From: Botryllus schlosseri
Lineage: Eukaryota
Length of the DNA stretch: 64,000 bases
Reading direction: 5' to 3'
Assembly: GCA_051294905.1 (NCBI GenBank)
Contig: CM119386.1
Coordinates: 11,222,001-11,286,000 of the forward strand
Shown piece after piece: positions 11,401 to 20,640 of this stretch; position 1 is the stretch's first letter; each line of letters starts with the position of its first letter. The notes under the pieces were generated by a model. The model worked only from the letters and a program-made list of their open reading frames with translations, was not told where the DNA came from and made no database searches. Both the position numbers and the translations under genes were made by a program.

Positions 11401-14400
11401 ATTATCCAACAGATGTTTGCCGATGGCAGAATTAATTGCCTTTGATCGATCAGCATCAATCTTAAGTGGATGAGTTAAGGGTGAGCTTTTCACATCGCGT
11501 GACGCACGTGTTCTGATAAATCTGGGGACATGTTGGTTTATGCGGTCCTGCAGACGTCTTGACGAATAATTATCGAGACGACCGATTTCGAATCGTAGGT
11601 CGAGGCCGTTCACAATTCCATTTGTGTGCCTTGGAATCAACTTTTATCAAAATACACCAACCAAAACTCTGTCAACAAAAGGAGTTCGTGTACCACCTAA
11701 AAATAGTACATTGAACGCTCTCTCATTCGAAATTTCATGCTGGTGACGTCATATTTTGTGATACGATTGTTGATATACAATGTTCTTTCCAATTCTCTAC
11801 TAGTTGCTGACGATTACCCCTGACGAGTGTCAGCCGAAAATATTCGGGTTCATTTCGACGTCAATATAGGTCTACGGTAACAGGGTTTTATTCAAGTCAT
11901 GAAGTTCCAAGTCACAATCATATTGAAATTTTGGGTTTCTACTCAAGTCATTCTCACTTCATCGTGGCGTCCAATTCTTGGTACAAACCATCGAATCTCA
12001 GTTCGGGTCTTTGTTTTACGTCACGAGTAATTTAAAAATCATGTATGGTGAGTTTGAGTGTTCATGAAATTTAGTATGATGTGTATTCCGTCACAAGCAA
12101 TAGACAGCCACAAGAGATACTTCCAAGTATTGAACCTCACTTGAAATATATAAATATTCCTGTATTTTACATACCAGTTAATGACACTTAATGTTAGCGA
12201 ATTCTTGATGAGTGTAGCTGAGTAACGCTTGTGCGATTATTACGGAAATTTCTGGAAGTTTTCATATGTAATACGTCCTACAGAAGAACTTTGTTTTGTG
12301 CTGTGAATACAACGGAAGCATTGGGCCAAGATTTACCATTACATCTACAAGATGCCAGAGAAAGATAATCAAAATATACTACTCGAACCAAGTCACACAG
12401 TTAAGCAAGTCATATGACTTGGTCAAGTTAGGCCCAATGATTACCGTAAGTAAAAGTCGAGTTGATTAGAAAATTGACTACACAGTTGAGTTGAATCATC
12501 GCCATATTCTCAAACAAATGACCGCGATCATAAAAAAACTAAAATCTACAATGCATCAACGCTGCAGCATACATATAGGCCGCTTCCTGCATGCTATGAT
12601 AAGGAATAGGTAAAGACCTCAAATGTGTGTGCGAGGGGGAAAGTTTCTATGAAAACCAGTATTGCACAGTCCTTACTCTATAAAGCAGAAAATTGGGTTC
12701 TAAAGTAGAAATATAGTCTAATAAGTATATTGGCATAGGCCTACCAAGCCCCCTCTCCAAAGTCCTTGCAAAGAGAAGGTCCATTCACAGATGAGTCTCT
12801 GAGGTGTCATCAATGTTCGGGCGCAGAAGTCGCAATACAAAAACGACCCGATCTCCAATGCCACAGATAACAGGCCGAACAGAAATAGCGCAGTCTGCAA
12901 AACAAAATTGCAGATCTGTTGTAGATTTGTATATATAATACCCTTTTCTAAACAGAAGCGCTGCCTTCGTATGCAACTATGTGTACCTGTACTGTGTACT
13001 TGTACATGTTTGTGGTTTAGTGCATGTTGTTTCTACTCGTATGGCGCATAGCCTACTGCTCTCAGCAGTCAAAGTTGTCGTTGACGATACTCAAGTACCA
13101 TATAATTAGACATCATACCGTAAATTTCTACTCAATTACAAGGTAAAGGAGCCGTTTTCAGGACATATTTAAAGTACTTTAAGTAGAAAACAGCAAATCT
13201 GAAAATTACTGCAGTAATTAACTTGAAAAGTAGATCGGGAGGAGGCTTTCGTTAGTTGTCACAGGTGACAGCATTCAAAATTGCAAGAACCATCTCCACT
13301 AATGAATGGGTTATGACAAATGGTGCCGTAAATGAGTCCATTCTTCAAAATTAGACATGAATTTAGTGATTGACCCGCAGCATTGACACAAAGTTCTATT
13401 AAATAGACAAGGTCGAAAAATATCAAATTGTTTATGCTGTTGGACTCGCATTATTTTATTTGTGGCCGCAGGAAAGTTACATAATTTCAACTTTTCAAGT
13501 TATTCTTACTGCTATGTTGTAGTACCCAAAAACTTGGCTTGATGCCTGCTACTCCAATCACTGAAGTATCCAATAAATATTATATATATCAAGTACTCAA
13601 TATTTCCCAGACCTAGCTAGCACCTGCTAGCATAATAATTGCCATGAGATGTTGAGTCGAGATGCCTCACGGCTGCAGATTGACTAGATAGCCATTTTTT
13701 TCGCCAACAAGTTGCGTGTGACAGAAGGATTTCTTGCATAGAATAACTAGAAATTAAACAGAAAGTTGTTTGTGACGTTTCCACCAATTTCACTTTGCCA
13801 TATTATAGCATACATAGGCCTATAATGGCCGGATAGCCAACAGTGATTCTAAATGTATAGGCTATTATGAAGTATATATTTTTAAACCACATGTATAGCA
13901 GTGGTTCCCAACCAGGGGGGAATTCTGAAATTTTTAGGGGGGAATTTGGCTTCAGGGTTGTAACCAGAGGTGGTCAGTAACGAAGTACTTCTACTTTTTC
14001 GAAGTACTCAAGTAGTTTTCCTCTACTTCTGGCACTTACTCAAGTAGGTCTGATTTTCACTACTTCTACTTCATAATGTTTTGTGATCTACTTGCTTAAT
14101 TTTTGCTATTTTTAGTTTGTCAAGTAAAAGTAGTTTAATCCTCCAATCAGGAAGATAGCCTGAGGAATTTCGGGGCTGTTTTCACAGAGTATCAACATCT
14201 AATTTTCATAAAAGTTCAGAAAAGCCCAGAATTCTTGTCGCGCCTCGCGCGCCGTGGATACAGAGTAACTAGCAGTATGATTTAACGAAAGCATCGGTGA
14301 ATATAATTTAGGTAGCGGGTTGGTGTGGTTCCGTTCACACAGCATTGTCGCCCGTCGCCCATATGAAATATTTCATCACAGTATATATGGCTCATCATAA

Positions 14401-16090
14401 CGTTGGAAACTGATGTTTCGCAATCTAGAATTTACTTATCATATCGTAATCTAGCAGTCCATGGCGTGTCCTAATCTGGAAAAGTGGTCTCTGACTTTTT
14501 TTAGTTTTAGAGCTGTTGTAGCATACTACCTTTGAAACTTTCTGGACTAAAGACATGAAATACATTATCCGCTTTTAGAAGTAGTATTTATATTTCACTT
14601 TCAATTCCCAGTATCATATACGTTTAGTTCTAATTAATATCAGTTCTTTTGCCTGGATAACATACATGTTGACGTATAAAAGCAAGGGTAGCAATGCCTT
14701 TAATTTCCGAGAATAAAGCTACACAATATGGCATTTTTACGATCCACCATATTTTTTATTAACGTTTACTAATCGCGCAAGGTGTTTACACCGTATCCAA
14801 TAAAACTTCTCCGTATTTCTCTTTGACTAAACTGCGGGCCTTATAATGTGGAAGCGGGCGCGATACCATGATATTTTCTAAAACGTGCTGTTCGAGTATG
14901 CAGAGGATTAGTATCGCATTTCTATATCAATACTAACATTTTCATCCCATGATGCGGACGTCGAAAATTGGATACCTCCTGGTATGCATCAATATGAATC
15001 AAGCTCGGGACCTTTCGCATAGCTCAATTTGCACCTTTTGACAATCCACGCGAACGAATAAGGATCGTTTTCACAACTACTTACTTGAGTAGATTTGAAG
15101 TCAGTCAATTCTACTTCTACTTCAAGTAGTTTTAGGTTGCTTATGGGAAAAGTACTTCTACTCATACTTGAGTAGACTTTTTCGTCGCTACTTCTACTTC
15201 TACTTGAGTAGCTTTCTTGACTACTTTGACCACCTCTGGTTGTAACGCATGGTACGATGGGTTCACAAGTTTTATGGTTTTATGGACTTTCATGGTAGAA
15301 CTGTAAATTATGAAACTAGTTCGTCTTTGTAATTGTATGTTTCTTTTATCGGATTATTAGCTGGATATATCTTTAAATGCATTTTAAAATCTTTCCTCTC
15401 CATAGAAATTCTACCCCCTGAAAAAGCGAGGTTCGCGAGACGATTTCGTTGAGCCCGCGACAGCCTCTCAACCAAATTGCTACCAAGCAGGGAAAAGTCA
15501 TGCCGAATTCAGAAAAACAAGGCCGCTGCGGAAATGATCAACTTTTTTAAGCCAACATCTGAGATAACGTGAAAAAGATACCAAATTGATCGATTAAACT
15601 CAACGCCATCGCAAAAGCGAACTTGGTGATTTATAGTCAGGAGCTACCCGACAGGTAAAAAACAGGCCACATTTAGACAACGATTATGACAACGGAAAGT
15701 GATGACCTAATTTCTTTTGATTCAATTAATTTCTAAATAACAATACACCTAGTGTTGAATAATTAATATGGAAGTAGCCGGCGGTACTTAACCAAAGTGT
15801 AATGCGGTCCGCTTTCGACATAGTTTGGGTATATCTAAATATGTTTGGGCATATATTGCTCCGTCAGAAAATGGTTGTGCGTTAAAAAGCACCTTTTTTA
15901 GTCACCAAGCAACTTTTTCTAAGTGGGGAATTTTGGCTAAAATATCGGCCAAGGGGTCCACGCGACGAAAAAGGTTGGGAACCACTGATATATAGCCTTA
16001 TAGCATATATAATAAATAATTAAATATATCGTTTATTCATTACCGTTTTCACGTTCAACTTACAGATATCAGCATTACAATTCCCTTCAT
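2500..16090 (-). CDS. Uncharacterised four-transmembrane protein, MS4A/CD20-like topology (6 exons, about 271 aa)
   Basis: Exons 16090-16064, 12894-12745, 9961-9905, 9836-9558, 8873-8798, 2726-2500. All introns are GT-AG with matching phases (0,0,0,0,1); total 816 nt. Protein: MKGIVMLISTALFLFGLLSVALEIG..SLQGLWRGGLVSLCGLAGIIHAF..NLTLVIISCLTTFFSMAATG..VFINLSLAVGGCCCLLSMLLFFVTGCIQCC, followed by an acidic cytoplasmic tail. AATAAA on the minus strand at 2012-2017. The start codon is uncertain because the frame is open for about 29 codons upstream. The family call is inference from topology. Confidence 0.7.
3868..4005 (-). repeat. 3' LTR (138 bp)
   Basis: Identical by eye to 8412-8549; TG...CA termini. 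Confidence 0.97.
4006..4014 (-). other. Polypurine tract
   Basis: AAGGGGAAG on the minus strand directly abuts the 3' LTR. Confidence 0.85.
4659..8396 (-). CDS. Gag-Pol polyprotein (1245 aa from the first ATG)
   Basis: Two CCHC knuckles (CFFCGKHGHFAKEC, CFSCGKLGHIARQC); protease ALVDTGC; RT motifs VMDYRELN, LDLRKAYLQI, YIDD; RNase H CDAS, ELDAV, TDS; integrase HH-CC zinc motif and D,D(35)E (LDITY, SDNG, AERNH). The ORF-track start at 8426 is a TTG inside the LTR; the first ATG is at 8396. Confidence 0.96.
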   Translation of the reverse strand: MANMKLTDIVRSYEDYPTSGDFAKWVEKLELVAELQELTDKLPTIFPLLLDGPAFAVFKQLPEGDRKDYKKSKQAILNAFGVNCYDAYSEFQRRILLDEEPVDVYLSDLKRLALLIGMRVDASEALIRCAFVNGLPPEVSCQLKSVAEVDKMNLSDLVARARVIMSVRSSFNVSCAVSSRQRKDNCFFCGKHGHFAKECPIKEPRNDGNEMAWRQPRCFSCGKLGHIARQCRADERHKIAAGKLPRRTVSTGRVLPYSQVGKKVLPFVVVSIGGKPLKALVDTGCQQSVVLEDVCRRMGHTVSGPRRIVEMLNGESTSCYGETMVMMVVGETNVRVQCLVASELVCAAGVILGIDVIQQLGGVFVDSNLDVWFGAKVCVASAVAATNKRLQIDDKDFIAKFDGAKWTMEWRWENGEPELTNQCGGYQMPSECRTSFDDELSQWIRDGWLVEYDPARHGSHGGIIPLLAVKQPNKKQKVRPVMDYRELNSHVMSHPGLDAAVCQEKLRNWRKRSNRASVLDLRKAYLQIHVSERLQKFQVVRHQGKVYVMTRMGFGLNIGPKVMTKIISTVLSLEDDIARGTDHYIDDIWVDENVVAVEKVRRHLASYGLATKDPVPLRDARVLGLRVNETQNGVLQWRRDGDLPSLNGRMTKRGLFSVFGKLTGHYPVAGWLRTACSHVKRLTNEIAWDAVIPNPVMHLAEEILTKVRENDPVRGDWRVYRDGRAQIWCDASNMAVACCLTVNGKVVEDAAWMRKEDDGTHINVAELDAVVKGLSLVLRWGFTNVEVVTDSVSVFHWVKSILEDSRRPRVSGLSEMIIKRRLGIIAQLFQEYCMEVTIRWVPSSENLSDALTRVPQRWLKKVCLGVYRRNENVIEQVRALHNVHHLGVNRTLFVAKRSIGEAVTRDVVQRVINECNICRRIDPSPVRWEHGQLSVPVVWERLALDITYVNTRPYLSLIDCGPSRFAIWRAVRNETADKIIQILEQVFSERGAPSEILSDNGPCFTSQKTRQFLNSWGVEHVFSCAYRHSGNGIAERNHRTIKRMAARSEGSVERMVYWYNHTPKSEDIVPADKVFRYESGLPSSMIRASRKRLDRQNSSNPYRVGDVVFVKPPNARCTTQWNRGVVTRVVADVVVEVDGMNRHLSDVRLAVGDLPNPPGSVTTREIDLNCSREDDAIDTENSGNSGEANDPVGTEENITDGNNSADLDQPGDDNVDHDIERNNSDHSRPNRDRAPPQWLADFYVG
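8412..8549 (-). repeat. 5' LTR (138 bp)
   Basis: Identical by eye to 3868-4005. Confidence 0.97.
9009..9042 (-). ncRNA. Minimal hammerhead ribozyme motif with mutated core (CUGACGU)
   Basis: Same as the other copies except that core A9 is U (plus-strand A at 9032). Confidence 0.65.
9346..9379 (+). ncRNA. Minimal type I hammerhead ribozyme motif
   Basis: ACCC-CTGACGA-G(TGTCAGC)C-GAAA-ATATTC-GGG: intact core, 1-bp helix II, palindromic AATATT helix III, UUC cleavage triplet (cut after 9375), CCC/GGG helix I. Confidence 0.8.
10136..10480 (-). pseudogene. Degenerate hAT (Charlie/Buster-like) transposase C-terminal remnant
   Basis: SYSVIGAEAIKMSSSFGSVWLCEHDFSV...PAFDSV resembles the hAT dimerisation-domain pattern YPxLxxxAxxxLxxFxTTYLCExxFS...PxFD. 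The frame is broken upstream. Confidence 0.6.
11104..11137 (-). ncRNA. Minimal type I hammerhead ribozyme motif
   Basis: Intact core CTGACGA...GAAA-ATATTC, about 100 nt downstream of the GIY-YIG stop codon and on the same strand as the ORF. Confidence 0.8.
11239..11562 (-). pseudogene. 5'-truncated GIY-YIG endonuclease domain of a Penelope-like element
   Basis: RRLQDRINQH...SAIGKHLLDN...FQIVGRGRSQFHLCALESTFIKIHQPKLCQQKE matches the PLE GIY-YIG C-terminal pattern (RxxxRxxEH, SAxxxH, LExxxI, PxLN/C). ORF-track residues upstream of 11562 come from the inverted arm. Confidence 0.85.
11816..11849 (+). ncRNA. Minimal type I hammerhead ribozyme motif
   Basis: Intact copy in the right arm of element B (cut predicted after 11845). 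Confidence 0.8.
13899..15987. mobile_element. hAT (Charlie-type) MITE carrying a nested MITE
   Basis: TIR CAGTGGTTCCCAACC / GGTTGGGAACCACTG; TSD ATGTATAG / ATATATAG (7/8). Confidence 0.85.
13965..15238. mobile_element. Nested hAT MITE
   Basis: TIR CAGAGGTGGTCA / TGACCACCTCTG; perfect 8-bp TSD GTTGTAAC; subterminal CTACTT/TACTCAAGTAG repeats. Confidence 0.9.
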
Positions 16091-16426
16091 ATTTTCTGGT
16101 CGCTTTGTGTATTCAGCAAGGTTGCTGCAAACATTTCCGGCCAATTCAAATCTCTTCCACTTTAGCCATATAGGCTAGCTATATGCTGGAAGTCGTGGAA
16201 GGAAACAATTTGATGTACAGCGCCTTTTCGAAAACTACACAAATTTTGCCACTTGAAGACTGTTTACACTAGACGATATATTTACATAGCTTGTATTTAC
16301 ATAGAGGAGTGCTTGGGTCAAGAACTTCAGTGGCAACAAATAACTTGGAATACTGAACAACGTGAGCAGAAATGCTTAACATAGCGATATTACTAGTATT
16401 TTCATTTGCTCAAGACCCGTAGAAGT

Positions 16427-17139
16427 GGATTACCAGTGAACTCGGCACTTGGTGAATTCGGCCGGACAAACTCAGCACTTGGTGAACTCGGCACTTGGTG
16501 AATTCGGCCATTGGTGAATTCGGCCATTGGTGAACTCGGCCCTCGGTAAATTCTGTAATAAAAATGCATTAAATATATATATCAGATAATGAAGAATCAC
16601 GTGCCGTGGTAGATCGCGTAGCGGTACCTATCACCATAATTGGTACACTTTAAATTCATATTCATAGTTGTTAATAGAATACGCTTTATTACAAAATTTC
16701 CCGACGGCCGAATTCACCAAGTGCCGAGTTTGTCCGGCCGAATTCACCAAGTGCCGAGTTCACTGGCAACCCTAACTTCACCGTGGTCGTAAATATCCGC
16801 GTTATCTGCGGTGACTGCGTGATATACGCACACCCTGTCCTCTATATCACTTGATAATGATATTATTATGTAATTAATTCACATTAATAGTTGGCAATAC
16901 GTTTTTATACAAAATTCTCCGAGGGCCGAATTTACCATGTTAATTCGGCCCCGTGAATATCCGCGCTATCTCCCGCGATTACGCGATCTACGCATACCCT
17001 GACCTCCAAATCACTCGATAATAGTATAATTATGTAATTAATTCATGTTAACGGTTGGTAATACATTTTAATACAATATTCTCGGAGGGCCGAATTTACC
17101 GAGAGCCGAAGTGACCTACGGCCGAATTTACTGGCAACC
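16427..17139. mobile_element. Fold-back / MULE-like MITE complex with GGTGAATTCGGCC subrepeats
   Basis: About 60-bp TIR GGATTACCAGTGAACTCGGC... (16427) / ...GCCGAGTTCACTGGCAACCC (16772). A second related terminus ends at 17139. No TSD found; the superfamily call is inference. Confidence 0.55.
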
Positions 17140-17294
17140 ATTCATTTTCATTGATTGCCACTAATTATGTTATCTTCAGAGTTACTTTACATTCAGTACA
17201 GTATACAACTACTGAACTACATGCCTCTTTTACATGTTACGTTATGATGGTTGCCGGTGAACCCAGCCCTTGGTAAACCCAGCCTTACAAACGG

Positions 17295-17547
17295 CCCTGT
17301 GGATATAAAGCTGTATCAGCTGTATCAGCTGTATCAGCTGTATCACCCTGTGGATATAAAGCTGTATCAGCTGTATCACCCTGTGGATATAAAGCTGTAT
17401 CAGCTGTATCAGCTGTATCACCCTGTGGATATAAAGCTGTATCAGCTGTATCACCCTGTGGATATAAAGCTGTATCAGCTGTATCAGCTGTATCACCCTG
17501 TGGATATAAAGCTATATCAGCTGTATCACCCTGTATCAGCTGTATCA
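17295..17547. repeat. Minisatellite, 33/42-bp units CCCTGTGGATATAAAG(CTGTATCAG)nCTGTATCA
   Basis: Read directly. Unit lengths are multiples of 3, which explains the repetitive ORFs on both strands. Follows a GGTTGCCGGTGAACCCAGCC element terminus at about 17248. Confidence 0.95.
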
Positions 17548-17908
17548 CGTCTATACTATGTCTGGGATGCGCGAAATAGTCTAGTAGTCTATCACACATT
17601 TAGTGAGTCAGCTCTTCTTGCGTAAACGCGCGAAGCAAGAGAAATTTATATATTTCATGATTGAGTCGGTCAATATATGATCGCGAATTGCATATAGATT
17701 GCTATCAATTTTTTTCCTCTCTCTACTCACGTAATCTGATTTAGGCTACCGACCGGTAGAGCTGAGTGAGTGTGTTTGAAAAGGTATAAGGACCCCTCGT
17801 ATAATAATTAATTAAACATCTCCGGGTTTATACCCGTTGGCAGGAACGAAAAAGCACTTCGTCAGGCTCCCCAAAAAAACTTGAGTCTTGGGCTCCTAGG
17901 GTCATAAA

Positions 17909-18025
17909 CAGAGGTGATCATGATCAGTAACGAAGTACTTCTACTTTTTCGAAGTACTCAAGTAGTTTTTCTCTACTTCTGGCACTTACTCAAGTAGATC
18001 TGATTTTCGCTACTTCTACTTCGTA
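17909..18025. mobile_element. Left-end fragment of the CAGAGGTG hAT MITE family
   Basis: Nearly identical to about 13965-14075. Confidence 0.75.
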
Positions 18026-18396
18026 ATAGGCCCACGTAGGCACACGAGTGCATACACGGCTCTTTGCCCTCTTGTTTCAAGAAATCGAAAGTGTCATCGG
18101 AGGACGCCCAAGTGTGCTATTTTTCGTACCTCAAAATATGGTAACCCTAGGCAAGACACCAACGAATATTTATTCGCAACAGAGTTTCTCGCAAGCAGAG
18201 CTTTTAACACAAAGTAACGAAATTTCATTTGATCCCGGCCAAGATGTCAGAATATCTGTGTCACGTACGCTGGTACACTAGAAACCATGAATTGTCTTTA
18301 CATTCATTGTGATGAATGCTGCCAATGGAGAATGGACACACTCTGCCTTTTCTCCACGTCGGCGGGGGTTCTCAACTTGCCTGATATAACGGGCCG

Positions 18397-19586
18397 CAGA
18401 TCTAGGGTTTTTTCGGTCGTCCTAGTGTTCTAGTGTTTTTTTTCGCAAAATTTTGCTGATCTAGTGTTTTTCTGCAATTATGCGAACAATGAATATTCTA
18501 ACGTTAGACTACTAAATTATACGCTAAATTTATCGCTAATAAGGCGATTTGGTGTCTCTGGCTGTGTTTGTTTTCAACAATTCTGTGTGGTGGTGCAGTA
18601 ATTATTACGTAACAGGGTCGATGTGAATCCGTGCTAATGAGCGAAAGTATCTCAAAAAATGAAGAGCGATTTCGATCTGATGATATGTCGTTTCTTGTTG
18701 AACTCAGTCTGCAGATTCGGGCGAGATTTTCATTTGCCGAGACAGACAGACAGTTTTATTGAGCAAAATTGCAATTAAAATATAATACATGTTGCAGCGA
18801 CGATCCTTCGCGATTCCCGCGGATCATCCAGTCAGCTGCATTGATGGAGTACTAATTAAGCATTGTTCAATTCGAGTCTCGTGTCATAAATACATATAAA
18901 AAAAGGAACGCAGGCCGAAGAATAGTAAAAAAATAGAATTAAAATCAATCATTCCTCTAGCAGTGCAATTTCCCTCTGTAATATTATTTGATGAACATGA
19001 TGATTTGTCGGAAGAATGGGCTGCTTTGGCAAGATCGCAAAATGAGCTGCAGGTTATCAGTCAATGCCCTCCAACAGAATTTTAGCAAAAATTGAAATCT
19101 GTGCACAATGGATTCGGTGAATCAAGATTCCCTTTACTGGAGAAGCTCATGATGAAGCTCTTGGCATTGCCACATTCCACTGCATTCGTGGAATTGAAGT
19201 ATGCTGCACATGGATTCCTCCCTATTGTTTGGTTGTAGATGTACGGTAGTGAGCAAGATGTCACACAAAAGATACTAATGTTTGATGGATGGTGTACAAT
19301 CGAAAGATAATTGTTATAATGCCGTACAATTCGAAAGCGACAATATTTGATATTTTTTGCGCTATTGAATTCGTTTTATTAATTTTCGTTGAATAATCAT
19401 GCAGTATATGTATCGAATTCATGTGTGGAACACTTCTTATCTATGGATTTGTACCTTGGTAACCATGATTACTTGGCAAGGGCAAATTTTTCCTGCAATT
19501 TACTAATCTAGTGTTTTTTTCGCCAATCTAGTGTTTTTTCACGACATGATCTTGTGTTTTTCCGGGAACCTAGAGTGGCAACACTG
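18397..19586 (+). mobile_element. hAT deletion derivative with a degenerate transposase C-terminus
   Basis: About 18960-19195 translates EEWAALARSQNELQVISQCPPTEF*QKLKSVHNGFGESRFPLLEKLMMKLLALPHSTAFVE (hAT dimerisation motif; stop at 19083-19085). Right end GTGGCAACACTG; CTAGTGTTTT subterminal repeats at both ends; left TIR truncated. Confidence 0.75.
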
Positions 19587-20070
19587 GTTATAATTATTGT
19601 TATTTGCTACTTAGCTTGAGTTTGACGTGGGCCATGTGAAATGTGAATCGCTGTTTTCTTCCTGTACATTTTCTGTCCTAGTTCTAGTTTGTGTGTGTGC
19701 TGAAGATGAGTTGCAATCTAGATTGCTGATCGTGTTTATGGAAGTCACAGATAATCATAACGGATTACCAGTGAACCCAGCCCTCGGTAAACCCAGCCTT
19801 ACAAACCCAGCCCTCGGTAAACCCAGCCCTCGGTGAACTCGGCCCTCGGGAACTTTTGTAATTAAGTGTATTAACAAGTATTATTATGAATTATTAAACT
19901 AATAATGTTATTATCAACTGATTTGTCGATCTTGTAAGGAGCTCAGGGCATGCGTAGATCACGCAGTCACGGCGTGATCAGATCACGTGATCACGATTGC
20001 GCAAGCGCCAAGCGCGGCCTTCCAAACTCGGCCCTCGGTGAGCCCGGCCCTCGGGAAATTTTGTATTCAC

Positions 20071-20362
20071 CGGCAACCCTAATATCCCCATCCCCCAACA
20101 TCCCACCCCCGGCAACCCTAATATCCCACCTCCGGCAACCCTAATATCCCGCCTCCCCCAACCCTAATATCCCACCTAAACCCAACCCTAATATCCCACC
20201 TCCCCCAACCCTAATATCCCACCTCCGGCAGCCCTAATATCCCACCTCCGGCAACCCTAATATCCCATCTCCCCCAACCCTAATATCCCACCTCCACCAA
20301 CCCTAATATCCCCCCTCCCCCAACCCTAATATCCCACCTCCGGCAACCCTAATATCCCACCC
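20071..20362. repeat. Minisatellite, about 21-22-bp unit (GGCAACCCTAATATCCCACCTCC), about 14 copies
   Basis: Read directly. Bracketed by inverted repeats of about 48 bp (20022-20070 and 20377-20424). Confidence 0.95.
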
Positions 20363-20430
20363 TGCTTACTCAATCCGTGAATACAAAATTTCCCGAGGAC
20401 CGAGTTCACCGAGGGCTGGGTTTGTAACGG

Positions 20431-20640
20431 CCCTGTGGATATAAAGCTGTATCAGCTGTATCATCCTGTGGATATAAAGCTGTATCAGCTGTATCATCCT
20501 GTGGATATAAAGCTGTATCAGCTGTATCACCCTGTGGATATAAAGCTGTATCAGCTGTATCACCCTGTGGATATAAAGCTGTATCAGCTGTATTACCCTG
20601 TGGATATAAAGCTGTATCAGCTGTATCACCGTGTGGATAT
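20431..20640. repeat. Second copy of the 33-bp CTGTATCAG minisatellite
   Basis: Same unit and orientation as 17295-17547. Confidence 0.95.

Larger units (their letters stand above)
11039..11856 (-). mobile_element. Penelope-like element remnant B with an inverted pLTR at its 5' end
   Basis: 12-bp TSD GACGTCAATATA (11027-11038, 11857-11868). Inverted arms of 294 bp (11097-11390 and 11563-11856) with about 2 mismatches, around a 172-nt spacer. Confidence 0.9.

Noticed and set aside
20071-20362. Interstitial telomere (AACCCTAA seed)
   Set aside because: There is only one CCCTAA per 21-22-bp unit, and the unit is explained by the transposon terminus plus flank.
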